Source: an uncultured Methanomassiliicoccales archaeon
GTDB lineage: Archaea; Thermoplasmatota; Thermoplasmata; Methanomassiliicoccales; UBA472
Direction: 5' to 3'
DNA length: 64,000 nt
Assembly (NCBI GenBank): GCA_942492955.1
Contig: OW818644.1
Location: 770,327 to 834,326, forward strand
The notes below the pieces were generated by a model, which did not search any database, was not told the origin of the DNA, and saw only the letters and a program-made list of their open reading frames with translations. Made by a program: the position numbers and the translations under genes. This document shows, one piece after another, positions 46,179 to 55,902 of this stretch; within the stretch, counting starts at the first letter, position 1; each line of letters opens with the position of its first letter.

Positions 46179-46734
46179 GATGGAAGGCGGCTTCCCGGCC
46201 CATTTCATAAGCCCTGTCAAGGTCAGCTTGATGGGCACGGACATCTCCCTCTGATTCCACGCCGGGGACGGTGACCTCACCTTGATATGCGATGCCGACC
46301 GCAATGCAGAACGATCGGACTTCGGACAATATGTTCCTGAAGTTCGCGCCCTCCATTGCACCGACGGCCACCAGATAACCGCGCTTGGCCTGGAGCCCCT
46401 TCCCAGCCATTGCCCTATGCCAGAGACATTGGCACCGGTCGATGACCGCTTTCAATTGACTGCTCATACCAGAAAAATACAATGGCGAGGCAAGCACAAC
46501 GACGTCTGCCCGCTCGATGGCATCATAGACCAATTTCATTTCATCATCGATGACGCATACCCCGGTGTCCCGACAATCGTTGCAGGCACTGCATCCTGAT
46601 ATGTCCATCCGGGTTGCATCCAGTAGGATCGCCTCTGCCCCCGCGTCCGTGGCTCCCTGCAAGAAAGCTCCGAGCAAGATCGCGGTGTTGCCGTGGGGAT
46701 GAGGGCTCCCAAGTATTCCTAGGACAACGACCAT
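46171..46734 (-). CDS. iron-sulfur flavoprotein (Isf) / NADPH-dependent FMN reductase family
   Basis: Flavodoxin-like N-terminus VVVLGILGSPHPHGNT and a compact cluster motif CSACNDCRDTGVC (CX2CX2CX5C), as in methanogen Isf proteins. Confidence 0.8.
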   Translation of the reverse strand: MVVVLGILGSPHPHGNTAILLGAFLQGATDAGAEAILLDATRMDISGCSACNDCRDTGVCVIDDEMKLVYDAIERADVVVLASPLYFSGMSSQLKAVIDRCQCLWHRAMAGKGLQAKRGYLVAVGAMEGANFRNILSEVRSFCIAVGIAYQGEVTVPGVESEGDVRAHQADLDRAYEMGREAAFHPI

Positions 46735-46772
46735 TCACTTCCCCCGGTCATCGGCACCGATTGCGACGGAGA

Positions 46773-47207
46773 TCACCCCGATTCGCAGGCATCCAGGTTC
46801 TCTATTATGCGATCCCGCAGTCTGCTGTAGTACTGGAAGGTCTTGACGATATAGTCACATGCCCCTTCCTTCATTGCCTCGAAGCTCAGATCAGCGTCGT
46901 CCATGGCAGACACGAAAAGGACCGGGACGTTCAGACCTAACGGCCTTACCTTCCTCAACAGGTCTATGCCATTGATGTCAGGCAGCTTATAGTCGAGGAT
47001 CACGATATCGTACTTCCTGGTCTTCAGTTTTTCAATGGCCTGACCACCGGTGTACGCGGCATCGAGCTCGAATTCATCTTTCGGCAAGAATTCAGAGCAT
47101 AGCTGGATATGTTCCACATTATCATCGACCATGAGCACTTTGATCAAAGGTTCACCTCCTAAAAATAACCCCTCGGCATGATTATAAAAGTATAACCCAT
47201 TCAACAT
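46773..47207 (-). CDS. response regulator, receiver domain only
   Basis: KVLMVDDNVEH..., phospho-acceptor context DIVILDYKLPDINGIDLL, and PVLFVSA. Starts 3 nt after the kinase gene's stop. Confidence 0.85.
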   Translation of the reverse strand: MLNGLYFYNHAEGLFLGGEPLIKVLMVDDNVEHIQLCSEFLPKDEFELDAAYTGGQAIEKLKTRKYDIVILDYKLPDINGIDLLRKVRPLGLNVPVLFVSAMDDADLSFEAMKEGACDYIVKTFQYYSRLRDRIIENLDACESG

Positions 47208-47210
47208 ATT

Positions 47211-49709
47211 TCACCTTACCCTTGGAATAATCAATATGAATATCGAGCCCTTGGTGAAATCTCCCTTCTCCCGATTGTCCACCCAGACCTTTCCTCCATA
47301 ACGCTCGGCCAAGGCGTTGACCACGGACAGCCCCAGACCATGCCCTTCCGCCGCAGACTCGGAATCCAGCTGGTCGAATCTCCGGAAGAGGAAGTTCTTT
47401 CTTTCCTCGGGAATGCCGTGTCCGTGATCGGCCACCGTGATCCGATAGAACTCCCCTCCGTTCTCTGGGTGCTCGGTTACGGTCACCTCTATGGGCTTCT
47501 GGTCACCATATTTGCAGGCATTGCTGAGTAGATTGTAGAACACGTCCTTTAGGAAACTGTCGGCGTTCACCATCAGTTGACCCGGTGGGGTCTGATACGA
47601 TATCTTGATATCGCCATAGAGGGCGTTCATCTGAATATCGTGAATGGCCTGCGCGAGGATGGGTGAAAGATCGACCTCCAATAGCGGGCTCTGCTCTATG
47701 GCCTTGAGCTTCCACAGTTTGCGCACATCGGATATCAGGGAGGATATGTTCTCGGACTGTGCCAAGGCGCTTTTGACGTAGCGCCGCTGTCTCTCATCCA
47801 GCTTGGGATCGGTGAGCAGTATCTCGAGGAACCCGTGGATGGGGACGTTATAATTTGCCACGTCATGCGTCAGCAGGATGTTGTAGACCTGCTGGCGTGA
47901 TGCCTTCTCCTTAACCCGGGTGAAAGTACTTGCGTTCTTGATGGCGGTCGCGGCCAGGACGGAGAACATCTCGATGAGCTTGTACTCCCTCATGGTGAAC
48001 GGCAGCCCCGGTCTCTTCTCCAGCGTGATCACTCCGAGCAGTTCCTCCCCGAACTTCATCGGGACGCTGATCAATGAACTAGGCTCATCCTGAGTGCCAT
48101 CAATCAGCTTTGACCGTTCGTCCAGGTCCGCCCTTTCCAGGAGCATGCCCTGGCCGGTCTTGCCCACCAGCCCGGTGATGCCAGACCCCAGTTCGATCTC
48201 TATCCCGACCACGTCCATCGGAGTCTGGCATACGTTATGGGTGCAGCGCAGTTTGCCGATCTTGTGATCCATCTCGAACAATATGCAGTTCTCGGCGCTG
48301 ACCAGCTGCCTCGCCTTGTGCATGATGGCGACCAGCACTTCGTTATGATCGAGAGTGCTTGACAACACCTTCGATGCATCGTATAGTATCTGGATCTCGT
48401 TGTTGCTGCGGACCAGCCGACGGTGCAGCTTGCCATTGCGATGGGATATCGCCACTTGGTTGCAGAACACCTGTAGAACGGTCTCCTTGCTCATGATGTC
48501 GGACATGGTTTGAAAACTGCCGAATATCGCGCAACCGTAGGACTCGCGCCGGAAGTGTACGGGAAGGCAAATGATCGCCCGGGGCTTTTCGAACTGGACC
48601 GATATCCTGCGGTCCTTCTGCAGATCCTCGGATGTGAAGATGCTGCCATTCTCGACGCTAAGGAAAAGAGGGGTCCCGTCCTCAAGGGGGGATTCCAGTA
48701 GAGCGCGGCCGTTCCGGAAATCAATGCCGGAACAGAACATCTGCGGAACGTTGCCATCGTCTATGAGGCGGAAGACCGCGAAGTCGAAGTCCAGTGCCTC
48801 GACCATGCGGATAAGCTCCTGGTCGATCGACTCGGAAGGGTCGAGGTTGTCGCTTATGTCCCTGGTGGTCTCCGCCAGGATCTCCATGTGCCGGCCAAGC
48901 TGTTCGATCTCCTTCTCCATCCTTACCGCCGGAGTGGGGTCGTTGGTCAAAGCCAGTACGCCGGTTATGTTTCCGATGCCGTCCTTGAGAGGTGTAAGCC
49001 GCCAGTTCATGAACAAGGTTCCGTGCGATGAGCGCAGAGGCATTTCCAGCATGGTGGTTCTTCCCGACAGAACCTCTTGAACTGCCTGCGATAACTCCCT
49101 TTCCCGGATCTCCTTCGGGTCCAGCAGGTCGAAGATCTGAGAGCCAAGCACCTCCGAGCTGGGGCGGGCGACGACCTCCTCCACGGTCTTATTGTACACG
49201 ATGACCTTGCCAGTATGGTCAAAAGCGATGACCATCAGGTGAACGAACGTCATCATCTCCTCCAGGAGCTGTGACGACAAATGCATGGATCCCATTATGG
49301 CGTTCTCTACCTGCATCCTGCGGCCGAAGACGCTGACCCCGGTCACGGTGTCCCTTTCCAGGACCGGACTGACGTTCAGCTGGAATACCGCTTCTGTCCC
49401 GCCGAGGACCTGGAGTTTGACCGTTACGCTCCTGGCCCCACCCACGTCCTTCGAGCAGTTTTGAATGATCCCGGCAAGCAGCTCGGCATCGGATCCGCAC
49501 GCCAGGTCGGACAATTTGTTGCCCAGCATGGAATGGTCTGAGCATCCCAGCGCCATTTCGAATGCTTTGTTGTAGTACTTCAGATGACCTTCGCGATCAA
49601 GCGAGCACATCAGTACCGGGACTGAATCACCAATATGTGAGTTGGGAATCGATGGAATCGGCGAAACCCCGGGTTGAGAATTGTTCTTTGACTCGTCCTG
49701 TTCCACCAA
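47211..49709 (-). CDS. multi-PAS/GAF sensor histidine kinase
   Basis: 832 aa. The C-terminal HATPase_c region reads ADHGHGIPEERKNFLFRRFDQLD...GHGLGLSVVNALAERYGGKVWV. The H-box region is LTHDVANYNVPIHGFLE. The N-terminal portion is PAS- and GAF-like. The start is uncertain (TTG 49709 / GTG 49706). Confidence 0.9.
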   Translation of the reverse strand: MVEQDESKNNSQPGVSPIPSIPNSHIGDSVPVLMCSLDREGHLKYYNKAFEMALGCSDHSMLGNKLSDLACGSDAELLAGIIQNCSKDVGGARSVTVKLQVLGGTEAVFQLNVSPVLERDTVTGVSVFGRRMQVENAIMGSMHLSSQLLEEMMTFVHLMVIAFDHTGKVIVYNKTVEEVVARPSSEVLGSQIFDLLDPKEIRERELSQAVQEVLSGRTTMLEMPLRSSHGTLFMNWRLTPLKDGIGNITGVLALTNDPTPAVRMEKEIEQLGRHMEILAETTRDISDNLDPSESIDQELIRMVEALDFDFAVFRLIDDGNVPQMFCSGIDFRNGRALLESPLEDGTPLFLSVENGSIFTSEDLQKDRRISVQFEKPRAIICLPVHFRRESYGCAIFGSFQTMSDIMSKETVLQVFCNQVAISHRNGKLHRRLVRSNNEIQILYDASKVLSSTLDHNEVLVAIMHKARQLVSAENCILFEMDHKIGKLRCTHNVCQTPMDVVGIEIELGSGITGLVGKTGQGMLLERADLDERSKLIDGTQDEPSSLISVPMKFGEELLGVITLEKRPGLPFTMREYKLIEMFSVLAATAIKNASTFTRVKEKASRQQVYNILLTHDVANYNVPIHGFLEILLTDPKLDERQRRYVKSALAQSENISSLISDVRKLWKLKAIEQSPLLEVDLSPILAQAIHDIQMNALYGDIKISYQTPPGQLMVNADSFLKDVFYNLLSNACKYGDQKPIEVTVTEHPENGGEFYRITVADHGHGIPEERKNFLFRRFDQLDSESAAEGHGLGLSVVNALAERYGGKVWVDNREKGDFTKGSIFILIIPRVR

Positions 49710-50094
49710 GAAGATCGAACTACCAAATCACATTCTGGGACATGAAGGCATCGATTCAAAATCATGTACTTTGCAATTATGCCGCAACATTTGGGACGAT
49801 TGCATGGATGATGGAACGATATCGGAATCCGATTCATGATTCTTTAATGACATCACGATCAGGTTTCATCCGATCAATTGATTTTTATCTCATATCGATC
49901 GGACAAAATGATGCAATTCGACATTATCCATACGGTATCCCGGGCATGTTCAATCTAACACGTATTATTATAATAAATGGCCATCCGTAATCTCAAAGCG
50001 TTTCCATTGTATTTTACATTAGCCAGTCTAAAAATATTATGGAAAAATTCTGAGTACCCTAGATAATCTGATGATTACAATACGATTCAGCATG

Positions 50095-50219
50095 TTTATA
50101 TAATGAAATTATATTCGAAGAAGCACAAGAGGCATCCGGGGAAGGCTCGTTTCCTATTCTCCTCCTAAGAATGGTAAAATTTCATTCCACCTTGCAGAGC
50201 CTTCCCGGCCCTCTTTTCT
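50095..50219 (+). ncRNA. candidate small RNA or structured 5' leader (TATA box, 12-bp stem hairpin, oligo-T)
   Basis: A consensus-like archaeal TATA box TTTATATA lies at 50095-50102. CCGGGGAAGGCTC (50136-50148) pairs with GAGCCTTCCCGG (50197-50208), with one bulged base. This is followed by CTCTTTTCT (50211-50219). It sits about 130 nt upstream of egsA. Confidence 0.2.
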
Positions 50220-50347
50220 AGTTTGTCAAATCACACATTTGACCGCTAGTCCCCAAGCCAGCAACTGGCTTATTCCAAACTGGCGGGAGCTTGTACCGAT
50301 AACTTGAATAGAGTGCATCTGCATAAACCTCCGTTCAGGGTGCTTGG

Positions 50348-51412
50348 ATGGATGAGGGTGACTTCACCAAGGCTCGTTCGATGCTTTTTCCAAGACAGGT
50401 TCTTGCGGGGCATGGTGCTATCGAAGCAATCCCCCAAATGTGCAAGGATTTCGGTCTGACTGGAACCGCATTGATCGTTGCTGGTGACAAGACCATGAAG
50501 GTCGCGGGAGATATTGTATCCGAAGGATTGCTCAAGAACGGCTATGGTGTCCAGTCCATCATGGTCGGAGAAGCCACTGAGGACAATCTGAAGAAAGTGG
50601 AACAGGCGGCAAGAGAGGCCAAGGCGAGATTCCTTTTGGGAGTCGGCGGCGGCAGCAAGATCGACCTGGCCAAGATGGCGGCGATGAACACTGGCACAGA
50701 GTTTCTTTCCGTACCAACTTCAGCTTCTCATGATGGCATCGCATCTGGACGAGCATCGATCCGCAACGATAAGGGGCCGATGTCGTTGGACGCCAAGGTC
50801 CCGCTCGGTGTGATCGCAGACACGAACATCATAGCGAAATCACCATACCGGTTGCTGGCCTCGGGATGCGCCGATGTCATCTCGAACTCTACCGCCTTGA
50901 TGGATTGGGAATTCGCCAGGAGGCTTCGGTACGAGAGCTTCAGCCGATCGGCCTATGCCCTGTCGAACTACACGGCACAGACCATCATTGACAACGCTGA
51001 CCTGATAAAACCGAATCTGGAGGAATCCGTCTGGATCGCCATCAGGCCGATAATAATTTCTGGGATCTCAATGAGCGTGGCAGGAAGCTCCAGGCCGACG
51101 AGCGGTTCGGAGCACATGTTCTCCCACGCGTTGGATATAATTGCACCGGGGAAGGCATTGCATGGGGAGCAGTGCGGAGTCGGCTGCATCATGATGATGT
51201 ACCTGCACGGCGGAGATTGGTGCCGCATCAGGACAGCATTGATGAAGATCGGGGCACCCACCTCCGCCAAGGAGCTGGGCATCTCCAAAGAGCAAGTGAT
51301 CCAGGCCTTGGTAACGGCCCACAAGATCAGGAAGGATAGGTTCACCATCCTGGGCATGGGGTTGACCTATGAGGCTGCAGAGAGGATCGCGACGATAACG
51401 AAAGTTATCTGA
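50348..51412 (+). CDS. egsA: sn-glycerol-1-phosphate dehydrogenase (archaeal lipid backbone synthesis)
   Basis: VGGGSKIDLAK, PTSASHDGIASG and GSEHMFSHAL are G1PDH (iron-ADH superfamily) motifs. Confidence 0.9.
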   Translation: MDEGDFTKARSMLFPRQVLAGHGAIEAIPQMCKDFGLTGTALIVAGDKTMKVAGDIVSEGLLKNGYGVQSIMVGEATEDNLKKVEQAAREAKARFLLGVGGGSKIDLAKMAAMNTGTEFLSVPTSASHDGIASGRASIRNDKGPMSLDAKVPLGVIADTNIIAKSPYRLLASGCADVISNSTALMDWEFARRLRYESFSRSAYALSNYTAQTIIDNADLIKPNLEESVWIAIRPIIISGISMSVAGSSRPTSGSEHMFSHALDIIAPGKALHGEQCGVGCIMMMYLHGGDWCRIRTALMKIGAPTSAKELGISKEQVIQALVTAHKIRKDRFTILGMGLTYEAAERIATITKVI

Positions 51413-51428
51413 TGGATGGTGAGATTTG

Positions 51429-51854
51429 ATGGTCATAGTCACATTGATTGGTGAGAGACAGGCGAAGGAAGGCGTCGAATTCGTCTACCGGGGACCGCTA
51501 ACGGAATGCAAGGAGTGCAAGCTGAAGACGGTCTGCTTCAATCTTGATGCGGGAGGACGCTACCGGATAAAATCGGTCCGGGATGTCCATCACGAATGCA
51601 AGATGCATGAGGACGGGGTCAGAGTGGCCGAGGTCGAACGGGTCAAGATACAGGGTTCCGTCAGCAAGAAGGCGGCCTTGGAAGGCTCGACCATCTCCTT
51701 TGAGGACATCAAGTGCCGCACCCTCGGATGCACCCACTATCGACTGTGCCACCCCATAGGGCTGGAGAAGCACGCCAAGATGCGCATCTCCAAGATCCGG
51801 GGGGACCTGGTGTGCGCGGAAGGGAACAAGCTGGTCGAGGTCACCTTCGAGTGA
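51429..51854 (+). CDS. UPF0179-family archaeal protein
   Basis: VTLIGERQAKEGVEFVYRGPLTECKECKLKTVCFNLDAGGRYRI resembles the conserved Cys-containing UPF0179 family. Assigned from memory. Confidence 0.65.
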   Translation: MVIVTLIGERQAKEGVEFVYRGPLTECKECKLKTVCFNLDAGGRYRIKSVRDVHHECKMHEDGVRVAEVERVKIQGSVSKKAALEGSTISFEDIKCRTLGCTHYRLCHPIGLEKHAKMRISKIRGDLVCAEGNKLVEVTFE

Positions 51855-51878
51855 TAGGTCAACATAGAGGCTCATCGA

Positions 51879-52307
51879 ATGACCACTCCGCTCGTCGAAA
51901 AGGTGGTTGAGGCCCGTGTCGGGATGATCAAGAACGAGCTATCTGGAATCTTCCCAAACGCATATATCGAGGTCGTCACCGCAGTGGACGGTCGGGCGGT
52001 TATCAGGATGATCGAGGAAGGGTCGGTCATCGGAATGGAGTTCGTGGAGACGGGCATTTCCTGGAACGACCCAAAGCGGGTGCGCGACTATTATGTTGCG
52101 CTTGTCAACAAATGCCGGGTCGGTGTGATCGTGCCGAAAGAGCACGCGATGAGCGCCAGGATGAGGATGCTTGAGTTCAACCAGCGTTGGCTGTTCTATT
52201 ACCAGGTCTTTTCGTACGATGCTGAGGGCAATCTGAGAAAGATCGGCAGGCCTCACGATGATGGGACCAGGCCGGGAATTATCGGGACGATGCCCGGATA
52301 CACATAG
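51879..52307 (+). CDS. hypothetical protein
   Basis: 142-aa ORF with protein-like composition, 24 nt downstream of the UPF0179 gene. No family recognised. Confidence 0.5.
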   Translation: MTTPLVEKVVEARVGMIKNELSGIFPNAYIEVVTAVDGRAVIRMIEEGSVIGMEFVETGISWNDPKRVRDYYVALVNKCRVGVIVPKEHAMSARMRMLEFNQRWLFYYQVFSYDAEGNLRKIGRPHDDGTRPGIIGTMPGYT

Positions 52308-52321
52308 GGAATGGAGTAGGG

Positions 52322-53242
52322 TTACCGGAACCTTTCTCCGGTAAGGCGCTCGTAGAGGTCGATGTAAAGCCTCGAGACCTTCTCCACCATCTCCGGCGGC
52401 AGGGCGGGGATGTCCGGCTCTGGCATATGATTCTTGCGGGCCGTGTACAGCTTCTCATGGTACCCGATGTCCCGGTAGTACTGGCGGACCATTTCCTTGG
52501 AAAGCTCGACACACTTGCCCTGGGCATACTGCGCCGCATCCCACCAGCGATCCTCGTCGGCGGTACCGAACGTGTCTACGATCATGAGATTGCGATCCTC
52601 GTCATAGGCGAACTCCTTCTTGCCGTCGACGTGGATGAGACCGCGCTTTCCCACCTCGGTGGCGATGATGGCATCGATCTTGCCAATGACCTCGAAGACG
52701 TGGTCATATTCCTCGCCGGTCAGGCCGGATATTCGGATGGCTTCGTCGTGTGTCAGCTCGCGGTCGGTCTCCTCTAGCTTGGTGGTCGCCTCGATGAAGT
52801 CCTTCGGCAGCCGCTCGCCGTAAGCGGGGTCATGTCCTTTGGGGAAGCCCATCATCTCAGGGGTCACGCGCCCTTCCTTGACCCGGTCATTGAGCGACCC
52901 GGCGTTGTAATGACGGCAGATGAACTCCAGTGGGATGAGGTAGTTGGTGGTCTTGTGATTCAGTTTGCTGTAGTCCGGAATGACGTCGACACGCTTCACC
53001 AGCATACGGTTCGGTCCATTCATCTCCTTGAAATCGGAGCGGATCCCATTCTCCTTCAAAAGCTTGAACCAGTGGGCTGATGTCCGGCAGAGCGTCTCCC
53101 CTTTGAACGGAATGTCCGAGGGTATGATCTTGTCGAAGACAGAGATGTTGTTGGTGAACTCGAACTCCAACGTGTTGGAATCGACCTCGTAGACCTTCTT
53201 GACCTTACCGACCCGGAAGAGCTTCTTGTCTGACATCGGCAT
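52322..53242 (-). CDS. purC: phosphoribosylaminoimidazole-succinocarboxamide (SAICAR) synthase
   Basis: GKVKKVYEV...FTNNISVFDKIIPSDIPFKGE...TSAHWFKLL matches the long-form PurC N-terminus. Length 306 aa. Confidence 0.85.
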   Translation of the reverse strand: MPMSDKKLFRVGKVKKVYEVDSNTLEFEFTNNISVFDKIIPSDIPFKGETLCRTSAHWFKLLKENGIRSDFKEMNGPNRMLVKRVDVIPDYSKLNHKTTNYLIPLEFICRHYNAGSLNDRVKEGRVTPEMMGFPKGHDPAYGERLPKDFIEATTKLEETDRELTHDEAIRISGLTGEEYDHVFEVIGKIDAIIATEVGKRGLIHVDGKKEFAYDEDRNLMIVDTFGTADEDRWWDAAQYAQGKCVELSKEMVRQYYRDIGYHEKLYTARKNHMPEPDIPALPPEMVEKVSRLYIDLYERLTGERFR

Positions 53243-53309
53243 TGAATCGGCACCTGACTAATATTCTTTTCTAGGTACGTTTGGGGCCTGCTCAAATTGT
53301 CTAACCTTG

Positions 53310-54191
53310 TTAATATCTATCCAGGTCCCAGTGGAAGAACCCAATAGATCCAGCGGTCTTATTGTGGCCGATGAAATATATGAAATAGTATCCAGCTGGC
53401 ATCTCCAATACGCCGGTAGTCCTGTTCGCGTGCAACATGTATAGGTTCAGGTCATACGCAAACGGTCCCCTCTCGGCCATTGAACGTACGTTGCCTTCAC
53501 TGAAGCCCATGACGTCCACGTCGGTTGCATTCAGGCTATAATTCAGGTGAGCTCCATTCTTAGAATAAAACAACATTCCCGAGGTTACGCCGGCTGCGTC
53601 AATGCCTCCCATACCTCCCTCGCTCCCTTCGGTTGGCATGACCTTGGGCTGCAAATTGAGCGGTTGGGTGTTGTTGACCCCAACCCATTGATTTGTGGTG
53701 CTTGTTAGCACAAGGCTCAAATGAACATTCGGACCGTTCACCGATGCTCCGTAAGAAATTCCGGGATTCGCTCCGACGTAGTTGATCATGGCCCAACCTC
53801 CGGTGACGCTAAACATCCAAACCACCTCCTTGACTCCGAACGGGGTCATATATTTGCCAGTGGCCGTCTGGGTCCCACTTCCGAATAAATCAAGAGGCGA
53901 ATGGCCCCAGAATGTCGAATTCAGTTCCTGGTTCGAGAAGCTTGTGGTTTGACCACTATAGCCAGAATCAGAAGTTGCATCCACCTGGACCATACCTGTG
54001 ACAGGCGTGTCGTTGTACATGCCGTTAAGTGTATAGGTGAACACATCACCAGCATGAACACCGGACCGATCGAGGTAGATGCTACTGTTATCATTCGGTG
54101 GCTTATTCGATACCAGCAAGATCGATGCTGACACCAGGACCGCCACTATCAAGATAACTGCTGCGACCTTCCATTTCCTCGAATATGACAC
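53310..54191 (-). CDS. membrane-anchored, N-glycosylation-sequon-rich surface protein (paralog of 3271-4170)
   Basis: 293 aa with a GTG start and N-terminal anchor VAAVILIVAVLVSASILLV. Collinear similarity to the 3271-4170 product along the whole ectodomain. Confidence 0.7.
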   Translation of the reverse strand: MSYSRKWKVAAVILIVAVLVSASILLVSNKPPNDNSSIYLDRSGVHAGDVFTYTLNGMYNDTPVTGMVQVDATSDSGYSGQTTSFSNQELNSTFWGHSPLDLFGSGTQTATGKYMTPFGVKEVVWMFSVTGGWAMINYVGANPGISYGASVNGPNVHLSLVLTSTTNQWVGVNNTQPLNLQPKVMPTEGSEGGMGGIDAAGVTSGMLFYSKNGAHLNYSLNATDVDVMGFSEGNVRSMAERGPFAYDLNLYMLHANRTTGVLEMPAGYYFIYFIGHNKTAGSIGFFHWDLDRY

Positions 54192-54275
54192 CCTCTCTCA
54201 TCTCCCCTTCTTAGAGAAAGGAATCTGTAAGTTATTAGAATATTCCAATGAGGTTTAGATCATTGGGAGATGGAT

Positions 54276-54980
54276 TCAGATCATCTCCGATCCGGCGTGC
54301 ACGACGATGCCCTTGTTGGTGATCTCGTAGGGAGTGATCTTCCTGGAGTGCGTGGTCCGCCTCATCTTGATTATGCGCAAGGACAGCTGCATCTCGCTCC
54401 TCTCGACCCGGTCCACGTAGCGAAGGGAGATCACGCCGTCGGCCACGTATTCGACCAGTCCGTCCCTCGATGCCAACGGGTTGTCGTCCCTGGTCTCCGC
54501 GGTCATCAGGCAGGTGGCGTTCGTCCTCTTGATCATCTGGGACAGGTTGAAGAGGTTGATCCTGCGCTCATGCTCGTCCACGAACAGCATGTTCAGCAGC
54601 GAGACCGAATCGAACACGATGCGGGTCGCCCCGAACTTCGAGATGAAATCGGGCAGTTCGCTCTTGATCCTGGATATCGTGGTCTTAGCGTCGCTAGGCT
54701 CCAGCTTCACGATCACCATCTTCTGTGCGTCGATCATAGGTTTGAGGTCCCAGCCATGCGACTTGGCATCCTCTATGATCGAGTTCTGGTCCTCTTCCAG
54801 CGAGATGTAGATCACTTTCTCCCCGTTCGCCAATCCTTGATTGAGGAACTGCAGTCCGAACGTCGTCTTCCCCGTACCGAACGATCCCATGACCACGAAC
54901 GTGTGCGACTTCGGGACACCGCCCTCTAGGAGCTCGTCCAGTCCGTCAATTCCGGTCTTAACTCGGTCCATGTTGCTCAC
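54276..54980 (-). CDS. KaiC-like / RecA-superfamily ATPase (single domain)
   Basis: Canonical Walker A VVMGSFGTGKTTFGLQF and Walker B RIVFDSVS. N-terminal TGIDGLDELLEGGVP is typical of the KaiC/RadA-like family. GTGA overlap with the upstream gene (alternative ATG at 54971). Confidence 0.85.
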   Translation of the reverse strand: MSNMDRVKTGIDGLDELLEGGVPKSHTFVVMGSFGTGKTTFGLQFLNQGLANGEKVIYISLEEDQNSIIEDAKSHGWDLKPMIDAQKMVIVKLEPSDAKTTISRIKSELPDFISKFGATRIVFDSVSLLNMLFVDEHERRINLFNLSQMIKRTNATCLMTAETRDDNPLASRDGLVEYVADGVISLRYVDRVERSEMQLSLRIIKMRRTTHSRKITPYEITNKGIVVHAGSEMI

Positions 54981-55822
54981 CCAATCCTTTCTGTGTCGAT
55001 GACCACTAGGCCGCTCTGGGCGGTGACCATGGTCGCGAACCTAGCAATGCGCTCCCTGTCCAAGTGCGGCAGGATGCTCATGAACTTCTCCACGTACAGA
55101 TAGCGCTGCCTCTTGGAGGAGGAGACGAAACGGCTCCATTCGAAGACCAATGCACCATCCACCGAATCCATGATCATACGCTGGAGCCTCTCGTCGATGA
55201 TATCCTTGGTAAGAAGCAGGTAAACCACTCCGCCCCACTTCTTGCTCACCCTCTGCATGCCGCGAAGCACCGCCACCAGGTCCCTTGGGTCGATCTTCTG
55301 GTTCAGCACCAGGTCGGTCAGGGAGTCGATGATCACCATGCTCTTCGGGGCGTTCTCATCGAGATAGTTGACAAGACCTTCAAGCACGCCCTCTTCGTCG
55401 CTCACGTTGGAGAACAGGGCGGACGAAGTATCACCGGACCAGCTCTTTGGCACCAGGGTCTGCCTGAAGTATTTCGAGGAAAAGTCCTTGAAGATCACGT
55501 TCTTTTCGAACGATTCATAGAAGTCCAGATTGAAGGACATCTCGATCTCCTGGAGTATGTCCTCCTTGGACCTTGAGAATGTGATGTAATGTATCGATTC
55601 CGGCATCATCCGCCCCTTGACGCTGTGACCGAGGAAGAACTCGGCGGAATCGGGATTCTCTTTGATAAGCGATATCTTAGCCGCCGAGGTCAACGCATAT
55701 TCCTGCTGGCCTGCCCCTAGATCACCCAGAAGGAGGACCACAGAACCAACGGGCATGCCTCCCCTGATGATACTGTCAAAATCAGCCACTCCCGTAGGAA
55801 TCCGTTTCACTGGTGCATCCAT
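54977..55822 (-). CDS. KaiC-like ATPase paralog with degenerate P-loop
   Basis: TGVADFDSIIRGGMPVGSVVLLLGDLGAGQQEYAL has the KaiC-like N-terminus, but GAGQQ replaces GxGK[ST]. Walker B-like MVIIDSLTDL is retained. Confidence 0.7.
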   Translation of the reverse strand: MDAPVKRIPTGVADFDSIIRGGMPVGSVVLLLGDLGAGQQEYALTSAAKISLIKENPDSAEFFLGHSVKGRMMPESIHYITFSRSKEDILQEIEMSFNLDFYESFEKNVIFKDFSSKYFRQTLVPKSWSGDTSSALFSNVSDEEGVLEGLVNYLDENAPKSMVIIDSLTDLVLNQKIDPRDLVAVLRGMQRVSKKWGGVVYLLLTKDIIDERLQRMIMDSVDGALVFEWSRFVSSSKRQRYLYVEKFMSILPHLDRERIARFATMVTAQSGLVVIDTERIG

Positions 55823-55902
55823 TGCCCTTCCATCCTATACCATTATATTGTTACTTTGATTAATAGGATTGTATCAAGCGCCAGATTTACGAAACTGACG
55901 GA

